A DNA stretch of 13,204 bases from assembly GCA_016840855.1 (NCBI GenBank), contig JAEORO010000136.1, positions 1 to 13,204 of the forward strand, in the 5' to 3' direction. The notes under the pieces are model-generated. The model did not search any database and was not told the origin of the DNA. It saw only the letters and a program-made list of their open reading frames with translations. The DNA comes from Candidatus Thorarchaeota archaeon. Its GTDB lineage: Archaea > Asgardarchaeota > Thorarchaeia > Thorarchaeales > Thorarchaeaceae. A program made the position numbers and the translations under genes. This document shows, in pieces, positions 1-9,926 of this stretch. How positions within the stretch are numbered: the first letter of the stretch is position 1; each line of letters starts with the position of its first letter.

Positions 1-314
1 GTGATCATGTTCTTGATGAAGTCCTTGTGTCCAGGAGCATCAATGATAGTGTAATAGTACTTGTCAGTGAGGAACTTGAAGAAAGCGATGTCAATAGTAA
101 GACCACGCTCTCGCTCTTCCTTCAGACGGTCCAGCGCAAAAGCCCATGCCCAGCTGGGCCGCCCAAGTCTTTCTGCTTCGGCCTTATGCTGTTGGAAAGT
201 ACGCTCGTCAACAGCGCCTGTTTCATATAGGAGGCGGCCTGTCATGGTGGACTTACCATGGTCAACGTGACCGATGACCACCAGATTCAGGTGCTCCTTA
301 TCTTTCTTGGACAA
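1..314 (-). CDS. tuf: Translation elongation factor EF-1alpha, N-terminal part (runs off the left edge)
   Basis: Manual translation from TTG at 314 gives [33 protein letters not shown]...[44 protein letters not shown]. It has the G1 (GHVDHGKST), ERERGxTID and G3 (DAPGH) motifs. An AGGAG Shine-Dalgarno at 328-324 lies 9 nt before the TTG. The position downstream of rps7 is typical. Confidence 0.96.
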   Translation of the reverse strand, partial: MSKKDKEHLNLVVIGHVDHGKSTMTGRLLYETGAVDERTFQQHKAEAERLGRPSWAWAFALDRLKEERERGLTIDIAFFKFLTDKYYYTIIDAPGHKDFIKNMI

Positions 315-343
315 GGCATTATTCTCCTTATTTTGTGTTAGTC

Positions 344-363
344 GGTCCCCTAAGATGGGAACC
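344..363 (-). promoter_or_regulatory. Hairpin in the predicted tuf 5' leader
   Basis: The minus strand reads GGTTCCC-ATCTTA-GGGGACC, a 7-bp stem with one G-U pair, between the putative promoter and the SD. Confidence 0.45.
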
Positions 364-388
364 TGCTTGGCTCTCACCTTGTGGGATG

Positions 389-405
389 CTTTTAATCGTT
401 TCGAC
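389..405 (-). promoter_or_regulatory. Putative BRE/TATA promoter of tuf
   Basis: The minus strand reads GTCGAAACG-ATTAAAAG, a purine-rich BRE-like element followed by an AT-rich box. It closely resembles the element upstream of rpl30e. Confidence 0.55.
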
Positions 406-440
406 AGGTTCACTTGACCAGTGGATAAAAGAGCCTTCAA

Positions 441-476
441 TACAATAATAATAGGCGAATAGTTTTACTAGAAGAT
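441..476. repeat. Degenerate direct repeat, copy 1 (copy 2 at 1460-1495)
   Basis: By manual ungapped alignment 27 of 36 positions match 1460-1495, including the exact 11-mer GTTTTACTAGA (462-472 and 1481-1491). Confidence 0.6.
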
Positions 477-477
477 A

Positions 478-858
478 TCATCCAGCAAGATCTGGTATCG
501 AATCTGGTTTTTCTTTCAAATCTTGCAGGTTCTCTAAAGGAATCCAACCTTCTTCTCCCAGAGATGTGCGTACCCAAGCCCAACTACTTTCTTCATCTAA
601 GACAATGACTTCTTTGCCTGCTTCAATTGTTAGCTCTCGTGCATTGTAGTCCTGAAGAAACTGATACTGCCCTGATTTTAATGTGGGTTCAAGGTATGGT
701 TTAGGTACCCATCCATGAATTCCAGAACTATTTCGACACCAGAGCCATCCCTTAAACTCGGTTTCCCGCTCCTCGCCTTCAACCAATTCTCCTTTCTTTG
801 CAACCAATGGAACTTGAAACTCATTTTTATGACTCTTAATCACTTTTCGAATCTTCAT
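478..858 (-). CDS. Tandem SH3-domain protein (two variant SH3 domains)
   Basis: Two repeats of the SH3 pattern: LVAKKGELV...GWLWCRNSSGIHGWVPKPYL and DYNARELTIEAGKEVIVLDEESSWAWVRTSLGEEGWIPLENL. The ATG at 858 follows SD-like GAGTGA; GTG at 867 is an alternative start. Confidence 0.85.
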   Translation of the reverse strand: MKIRKVIKSHKNEFQVPLVAKKGELVEGEERETEFKGWLWCRNSSGIHGWVPKPYLEPTLKSGQYQFLQDYNARELTIEAGKEVIVLDEESSWAWVRTSLGEEGWIPLENLQDLKEKPDSIPDLAG

Positions 859-870
859 TTGCTTCACTCA

Positions 871-1404
871 CTAAACAAGTTCTTTAATCCAATCACGTAT
901 CATGTCCCAATCACGAAAATCAATCTTTTCAGGAACGTTCTCACCGGGTGGCAACTGACTTTTTACTATTCTCTTTACAAGTGCACGAACAACAAGGTTG
1001 TATTTCTTAAATTCAAACTTTCCCCCGATTAAAGCAGTCGAGATAGGAGAAAGTCCCGGATATTTCTCAGGCATATTGTCCAAGTAGTTAGCTTGTGCCT
1101 CAGCGACCTTGTCTGGATTACCTGCGTATCCACTAACGACAAAGAGTGCGACTTTGGTCTTGGAGAGGGAGTCTAACTTCTGCTCGATGAATTTGAGAGG
1201 GCGCTTTGTCCACTGGCCAGCTTGAATTCCACTTCCTATAATCACAAGATCATATTCTTCCGGTTCAGGAAAAGGAACTCCTTTCTCCAGATGAACAACA
1301 TCTACTTCAGCTCCGCGATCTCTTGCAGTATTACTCATCTCTTGAACTACTTCAGTAGTTGTTCCATATCGAGTTCCGTAACAAATCAGGACCTTCTTCA
1401 TCAT
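871..1404 (-). CDS. Flavodoxin-domain protein, HemG-like (Flavodoxin_5 type)
   Basis: FMN phosphate-binding loop YGTRYGTT, YDLVIIGSGI, VALFVVSG and C-terminal DFRDWDMIRDW. The start was moved to MMKKVLI (1404 or 1401), where the flavodoxin fold begins. Confidence 0.85.
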   Translation of the reverse strand: MMKKVLICYGTRYGTTTEVVQEMSNTARDRGAEVDVVHLEKGVPFPEPEEYDLVIIGSGIQAGQWTKRPLKFIEQKLDSLSKTKVALFVVSGYAGNPDKVAEAQANYLDNMPEKYPGLSPISTALIGGKFEFKKYNLVVRALVKRIVKSQLPPGENVPEKIDFRDWDMIRDWIKELV

Positions 1405-1459
1405 AATCAATCGCAAGAGATAAACAAAAGCCAAGAAAATCATTTCGACTAAGAGTTAC

Positions 1460-1495
1460 TATAGTATTAATTCGCGGATGGTTTTACTAGATGTT
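1460..1495. repeat. Degenerate direct repeat, copy 2 (copy 1 at 441-476)
   Basis: 27 of 36 positions match 441-476. The adjacent 12-mer at 1438-1449 (AATCATTTCGAC) also matches 394-405 (AATCGTTTCGAC) at 11 of 12. Confidence 0.6.
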
Positions 1496-1508
1496 GAATG
1501 ATCTTCTT

Positions 1509-2546
1509 TCATTGCAAGTCTGATGTGAAAACATATGCGATGTTAGCACCAGTCTGGACTACTTGAAGACTGCCTGGAGTACCGAGGATGTCACCGCATG
1601 GGTATGCCCAGATGTAGCCATCAACAGGACACTCCACTCTCTCTAAAACATCGCCGTAGAGGTTATAGATTTCGGCAAACACTTCTCCTTTCTTCATGAA
1701 ATCACCAGGTGTTTTCAGAAATCGTATGATGCCTCCTCGGTTTGCTCGTACAATTCCATGGAATGTACAGATTCCAGGGATGATTATGATTCCCTCCTGG
1801 GGTTCAATATCTCCATCTATCATGTCAAAGGCTTTCATAATATTGAGGACTCCACGAACTCCGACTGTGGTTGAAGGTTTGGAAATCCATCTACCATCAA
1901 TGAACTCGATAAGAATGTCAGGAATTCCATTCTTCACAGCCAGATTAGCAAGCGTGTCTGGTGCATCGTCAGTGATTGGGATATTTTCAACCACATTGGT
2001 CACGCCAAAGGCTTCAGCCATCCTCTTGAGTTTCTCCTTCGTCTTCGGATTACCGATGTTTATTTCCGTGAAGAAGAGGGAATCGGGTCGAACATTGGTG
2101 TGCATGTTGAGGACCATGTCAGCCTTACTCCATGCCTCTTGCCAGAGTACATGAGCCAATCGCTCTGTGGCTGTGCCGCTGGGTCTGTCCGCTGTTAGTG
2201 GACTGGCACTTCCACCTCCGCCCAAGTCTTGATTGTCAATCCATGACAGATATTGATGGTGCATGAAAGCTAGAGGGTTCTCAACAGGAATCCCGATAAT
2301 GGCGCCTTTGAGATCCTTTGGATTTACCTTTTCTCTCATTATCTTCAGTATTACTTCGATACCTTGAATCTCTATTCCATGTTGTGTGGAAACCATGAGC
2401 ATAGTTGGTCCATCTTTTGTTCCATTCAGAACAAGAATTGGGATATCTATGCTGGTTGTTGTGTTCAGCTCAATCCCTTTGATTACTCCTTTCTGGAGTT
2501 CACCTCTTTTTGCAATAGCAGTACCTACTCTGAGTTCTTCAGGCAT
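1509..2546 (-). CDS. Succinylglutamate desuccinylase/aspartoacylase (AstE/AspA, M14-like) Zn hydrolase with a C-terminal barrel-sandwich domain
   Basis: GPTMLMVSTQHGIE (HxxE zinc ligands), LKGAIIGIPVENPLAF, GTATERLA, LNMHT (third ligand His), a candidate catalytic Glu in ILIEF, and C-terminal VRANRGG...GD...KKGEVFAEI...CPVDG. An SD GAGGT precedes the ATG. Confidence 0.88.
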   Translation of the reverse strand: MPEELRVGTAIAKRGELQKGVIKGIELNTTTSIDIPILVLNGTKDGPTMLMVSTQHGIEIQGIEVILKIMREKVNPKDLKGAIIGIPVENPLAFMHHQYLSWIDNQDLGGGGSASPLTADRPSGTATERLAHVLWQEAWSKADMVLNMHTNVRPDSLFFTEINIGNPKTKEKLKRMAEAFGVTNVVENIPITDDAPDTLANLAVKNGIPDILIEFIDGRWISKPSTTVGVRGVLNIMKAFDMIDGDIEPQEGIIIIPGICTFHGIVRANRGGIIRFLKTPGDFMKKGEVFAEIYNLYGDVLERVECPVDGYIWAYPCGDILGTPGSLQVVQTGANIAYVFTSDLQ

Positions 2547-2602
2547 ACTACAGACCTCTCTATGTACTAGTCGTTATGGTGAAAATATCCTTTTTGGGAA
2601 AC

Positions 2603-2824
2603 TCAAGAATCTGACCGTATTCTGACTTCGATATATATAACTAGAAGAAGAAGAAATGTCAGTATTGATAGCAAATAGAAGACCTGAATCTAGTAACCAA
2701 GTGTTGGGTCGAGAGCAATTGAGTAAATACCAATCAGAAATTGAGCTTCTGTAAGAATCAATGGTATTGTGCCAATGAATATAATGAGGTTTTTCAGGAG
2801 ATTTCTGTGATTCAGTTTTGCCAC
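2603..2824 (-). pseudogene. Small two-helix membrane-protein ORF interrupted by an in-frame TAG (2692-2690)
   Basis: Manual translation from GTG 2824 gives MAKLNHRNLLKNLIIFIGTIPLILTEAQFLIGIYSIALDPTLGY*IQVFYLLSILTFLLLLVIYIEVRIRSDS-TGA. It is co-oriented with its neighbours, fills most of the 300-bp gap and has a hydrophobic segment on each side of the TAG. No well-spaced SD is present. Confidence 0.5.
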
Positions 2825-2847
2825 AAAGGAAGAAACAGCAACGCTCC

Positions 2848-3768
2848 TTATAGATGGTCTTTATTGTGTCTACGGCGAATCTGCTTCATCTGAGCTATGA
2901 TTACGCCAATCACTGTAATAGCACCTCCGAGCACCTGAAAATACGTCACCACTTCGTGAAGGACAACAATGGACAGCACCACGCCCCAGACTGCAATCAG
3001 ATTCAACATGATTTGAACAAGTGATGCCTCAATATGTTTCATTGATTCATAATAGAGAATGAAAGCAATCACAGTATTAGCAAGTGCAACCCAAATCACA
3101 ACAAGCCAAGCTTGGATACTCATTGTGAGTAGTACCGTTACATCATCAAATAGAGCAGCAGATATCCAGATGAAAGGGACTGCGAATAGCGTGCTATAGA
3201 AGGTGGTTGATATTGCATCAACGGACTTAATGGCAATCTTACCTGCTATTCCGTTGATTGCAAAGAAGAATGTAGAAACAATAACAATGAGATCACCAAG
3301 AATCCGCCAGATGTCAAAAGCCATGAATTCTGGAGTAGCATTCAGAACTATGAGAGCCGCACCTATTGTAGCCAGAATAAGACCAACTATCTTCTCAATG
3401 GTAAGTTTCTCGCTTAGTATCGGTGCAGCTAGTATGACTGCAAAAATAGGTGTAAGATTCATGAGAAGAAGAGCGTCACTTGCAGTCGTCAGCTCGAGTC
3501 CGATATATTGTAGCACTTGAGAGATGAATGGTCCACTCAGACCAGCTATCATGAGTATCTTCCAATTATTCTTCGCATCAGCTAGTGTCTGTTTCTTCTT
3601 GTACTGGAAAGTTACTGCAAGGAGGAAAGGACATGCCAAGGTGTATCTCAGAGCTACAAATACCACAGGACCGACTTCAGCAAAGATAATCTTGGCAAAA
3701 ATTAGAGAAGAGGACCATAGAACTGTTGTGATGATGATAGCGAGATATGCCCAAGAGATCCTGCTCAT
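2848..3768 (-). CDS. DMT superfamily (EamA-like) transporter
   Basis: About 10 hydrophobic segments in two repeats, with the motifs LWSSS..FAK, VALRY.LA, GLELTTASDA.LL...TPIF...LA...LSEKLT, GDLIV and LHE....QVLGGAI..IGV. SD GAGGA. Confidence 0.93.
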   Translation of the reverse strand: MSRISWAYLAIIITTVLWSSSLIFAKIIFAEVGPVVFVALRYTLACPFLLAVTFQYKKKQTLADAKNNWKILMIAGLSGPFISQVLQYIGLELTTASDALLLMNLTPIFAVILAAPILSEKLTIEKIVGLILATIGAALIVLNATPEFMAFDIWRILGDLIVIVSTFFFAINGIAGKIAIKSVDAISTTFYSTLFAVPFIWISAALFDDVTVLLTMSIQAWLVVIWVALANTVIAFILYYESMKHIEASLVQIMLNLIAVWGVVLSIVVLHEVVTYFQVLGGAITVIGVIIAQMKQIRRRHNKDHL

Positions 3769-3835
3769 ATCTTGTTCCTCAATGAATTTCTAGAATTATA
3801 CTCTCTGATAAGCTGAACTGAACAGATACATATTG

Positions 3836-3864
3836 AAGAGAAAATGCACGGGAAAACCCGTGCA
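3836..3864 (-). terminator. Stem-loop plus T-tract terminator of the rpo/rps operon
   Basis: The minus strand reads TGCACGGG-TTTT-CCCGTGCA (perfect 8-bp stem, 3864-3845) followed by TTTTCTCTT, 15 nt after the rps7 stop. Confidence 0.75.
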
Positions 3865-3879
3865 AATCATCATAGTGAA

Positions 3880-4530
3880 CTATCTCGCAGAACGCGCAAC
3901 TCGCTCTCGTTCTTCCTTCCTAGCTACAGCAAAGCTACCAGGATCATTCTTGTAAGCGAGTAGTAGCTCATCTACCAAACACTCTTCGATTGATTTGGCA
4001 TTCTTATGTGCTGAACGAACCGCACCTACTGAGAGGTATCTTAGAGCTAGGTCAATTCTCCTCTGTGGAGATACATCTACAGAACGAGGATATGCCATGC
4101 CACCATATGAGATACGTGTTGTTTCCTCGGCTGGAGCCGCGTTCTCGATTGCAGTGACTAAAACCTGTACTGGGTTCAGACCAGTCCTATAGTTGATGAT
4201 TTCAAAGACACGTTTGAGTGTCGAGATTGCTCTTAGTTTCTTACCAGCGCCCCTTCCAGTTCTTGTCTTCTTTTCCTTTCTACGACCTGCGTTAATCATC
4301 TTGTTCACAAATCGTTCAACAATAGGAATTTGTGACTTGTGAAATCGTTTGTGTGCGTGTCTGCCTGATGTGTGGGGGATTAGGACGGGTTTCAATGTAA
4401 TGTATCTTACAAGCCCTACATCGTTAATTTGCACATTAGTAGAATCCCACTTACCAAACATGAGAAGTTCAGGCGGTTCATGAGGTGGAGTTTCCTCAGC
4501 AACTGGTTCAATAGTTTCTTCCTCAGACAT
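3880..4530 (-). CDS. rps7: 30S ribosomal protein uS7
   Basis: FGKW, PHTSGRHAHKRF, IPIVERFVN, GKK, NPVQVLV.AIENAAP.EETTRI, VDVSPQRRIDLALR and C-terminal ERERVARSAR. The ATG at 4530 has an SD AGGTGG overlapping the rps12 stop. Confidence 0.97.
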   Translation of the reverse strand: MSEEETIEPVAEETPPHEPPELLMFGKWDSTNVQINDVGLVRYITLKPVLIPHTSGRHAHKRFHKSQIPIVERFVNKMINAGRRKEKKTRTGRGAGKKLRAISTLKRVFEIINYRTGLNPVQVLVTAIENAAPAEETTRISYGGMAYPRSVDVSPQRRIDLALRYLSVGAVRSAHKNAKSIEECLVDELLLAYKNDPGSFAVARKEERERVARSAR

Positions 4531-4539
4531 ATTAACCAC

Positions 4540-4983
4540 CTATCGAATTGGTTTCTCCTTCTTGCCATATATCAAAGACTCAAGAGAAACACCATTTACC
4601 TTTGTCACACGCCAAGAAACTCCTGGTAGGTCACCGATAGGACCACCTTGAGCACCACCAATCCCCTCGACTACAACAGAGTCATGTTCGTCTATGTACT
4701 TCAATCCACCATCCCCAGGTATGAATGCTGTGACTTGTTTTCCGTTTTTAGACAATTGAATCCTGACAGCTTTTCGTATAGCAGAGTTTGGCTGCTTTGA
4801 TTCGATACCAACTTTCTCTAGTACAATGCCTCTGGCTTGTGGAGCACCCTCTAATGGGTCGGTCTTCTTTTTTAGATTCAGAGTACGACTCTTGTAGGCG
4901 GACTTCTTCCAACGGTATTTCTTCCTCTTTCGAAGAAGAGGTCGCGCTGCGAATTCGCCTAATGGGGATTTTGAACCTGTCAA
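4540..4983 (-). CDS. rps12: 30S ribosomal protein uS12
   Basis: [49 protein letters not shown] and GDLPGV. TTG start with SD GAGGT at 4996-4992. Confidence 0.98.
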   Translation of the reverse strand: MTGSKSPLGEFAARPLLRKRKKYRWKKSAYKSRTLNLKKKTDPLEGAPQARGIVLEKVGIESKQPNSAIRKAVRIQLSKNGKQVTAFIPGDGGLKYIDEHDSVVVEGIGGAQGGPIGDLPGVSWRVTKVNGVSLESLIYGKKEKPIR

Positions 4984-5007
4984 GCTGATTTACCTCATAA
5001 TGGTCGA

Positions 5008-5025
5008 CGTACCATTCATGGTACG
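5008..5025 (-). promoter_or_regulatory. Perfect hairpin in the nusA-rps12 spacer (candidate ribosomal-protein leader)
   Basis: The minus strand reads CGTACCA-TGAA-TGGTACG, 11 nt upstream of the rps12 SD. No T-tract follows it. Confidence 0.5.
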
Positions 5026-5061
5026 CTCTGCATGGTGGTTGTCGGCTCCGGCCTGTTGTAA

Positions 5062-5077
5062 CCTTAAAAGGATTGTG
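5062..5077 (-). promoter_or_regulatory. Possible internal TATA promoter for rps12-rps7
   Basis: The minus strand reads CACAATCC-TTTTAAGG in the 105-bp spacer, about 80 nt upstream of the start, a geometry similar to the tuf promoter. Confidence 0.4.
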
Positions 5078-5088
5078 AAGAGAACACT

Positions 5089-5523
5089 TCAGGCAATCAC
5101 AACGTTGTTCAAATCGAAATGACGACGCACAAGAATGCGTGCTCGAGCAACATTTCGACCTTCCCGACCAATCGCAATTCCACGGTCCTCAGTATTGACT
5201 GTTACTGATGCTACTCTTGTTCCATCTCGATGCTCTACAATTTTTACACTCTCAACTCTCGCTGGAGCGAGCGCACTCATAACAAAAGCCTCTGGAGTTT
5301 CAGCCATTTCCACAACATCAACTGGGCGACCAAATGCTTCTGATGCAGCCTTCACATTGACGCCGCCTCGACCAATTGCTTTTCCGAGTTGTTTTGGTCG
5401 AACTACAACTATGATTCGTTCTCCCTCATCGTCACGGATGACATCGATTGCTGCAGCACCTGTGATCTGTTCGAACTTGGCAATTAGTGCCATGTCCTCC
5501 ATAGAGAGCTTAACTCGGGCCAA
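5089..5523 (-). CDS. nusA: Archaeal NusA (two KH domains)
   Basis: FEQITGA, two GxxG KH loops (GKAIGRGGVNV and GIAIGREGRNV), 144 aa, and the canonical position between rpl30e and rps12. TTG start with SD GAGG overlapping the rpl30e stop. Confidence 0.96.
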   Translation of the reverse strand: MARVKLSMEDMALIAKFEQITGAAAIDVIRDDEGERIIVVVRPKQLGKAIGRGGVNVKAASEAFGRPVDVVEMAETPEAFVMSALAPARVESVKIVEHRDGTRVASVTVNTEDRGIAIGREGRNVARARILVRRHFDLNNVVIA

Positions 5524-5533
5524 TTGACTCGCC

Positions 5534-5827
5534 TCAGACCATCTTCAGTATTTTTGAGTCACCAGGTTTGATTACAGCAATGGCAGAAACCATGAATGGT
5601 TTACCTACAACTTCCCCTAAGTCCCAAGATGTACCTTCGAACTTCTGGACTTTGATATTAGCGAGTTTGGCGTACTGCTCAATGTCTTCAAGCTCATCTT
5701 TAGGACAATTTGCTGCAACGACGATAAGTTTGGCTTTGCCAGTCTTAATCGCATCAATTGAAGACCGCACGCCTATCTTGCACTCGCCTGTACTTACTGC
5801 ACTTGCTATTGGTTGATTCAGGCTCAT
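5534..5827 (-). CDS. rpl30e: 50S ribosomal protein eL30
   Basis: AVSTG...IG...IK.GKAKLIVVAANCP, FEGTSWDLG...GKPF.VS.IAV..PGDS.I. The start is set at ATG 5827 (MSLNQ) with SD GAGGT, giving 97 aa. Confidence 0.96.
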   Translation of the reverse strand: MSLNQPIASAVSTGECKIGVRSSIDAIKTGKAKLIVVAANCPKDELEDIEQYAKLANIKVQKFEGTSWDLGEVVGKPFMVSAIAVIKPGDSKILKMV

Positions 5828-5888
5828 TTTAAGACCTCGTATGTGATTTGTTGGTAAACCCGAACTGATTGCGTCAAATGACATTCTG

Positions 5889-5902
5889 TTTTAATGTTTC
5901 CG
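5889..5902 (-). promoter_or_regulatory. Putative internal BRE/TATA promoter for rpl30e-nusA
   Basis: The minus strand reads CGGAAAC-ATTAAAA, nearly identical to CGAAACG-ATTAAAA upstream of tuf. Confidence 0.55.
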
Positions 5903-5922
5903 CCCTGACCTCTCTATATCAA

Positions 5923-9926
<4,004 letters not shown>

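Noticed and set aside
871-1404. Naming the flavodoxin hemG (protoporphyrinogen oxidase)
   Set aside because: The similarity is at family level only and there are no heme-biosynthesis neighbours.
441-1495. Interpreting the direct repeats as integron attC sites or dif sites
   Set aside because: There is no RYYYAAC/GTTRRRY pair, no long inverted repeat, no dif-like palindrome and no tyrosine recombinase in the window.
2631-2754. Plus-strand 32-aa ORF (2656-2754) preceded by TATA-like ATATATATAA
   Set aside because: It is antisense to the more protein-like membrane ORF. The AT run is explained by Val-Ile-Tyr-Ile codons and sits rather close to the ATG for a leaderless promoter.
1405-5884. Longer N-termini in the ORF track for the flavodoxin (1443), rps7 (4539) and rpl30e (5884)
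   Set aside because: The downstream ATGs have better SD spacing or match the domain start, and the extensions overlap promoter, leader or SD sequence. The hydrophobic flavodoxin extension is therefore not called a signal peptide.
2553-5917. Exact 11-mer GACCTCTCTAT at 2553-2563 and 5907-5917
   Set aside because: It is short, contains the common SD-like GAGGT and has no flanking similarity, so chance is an adequate explanation.
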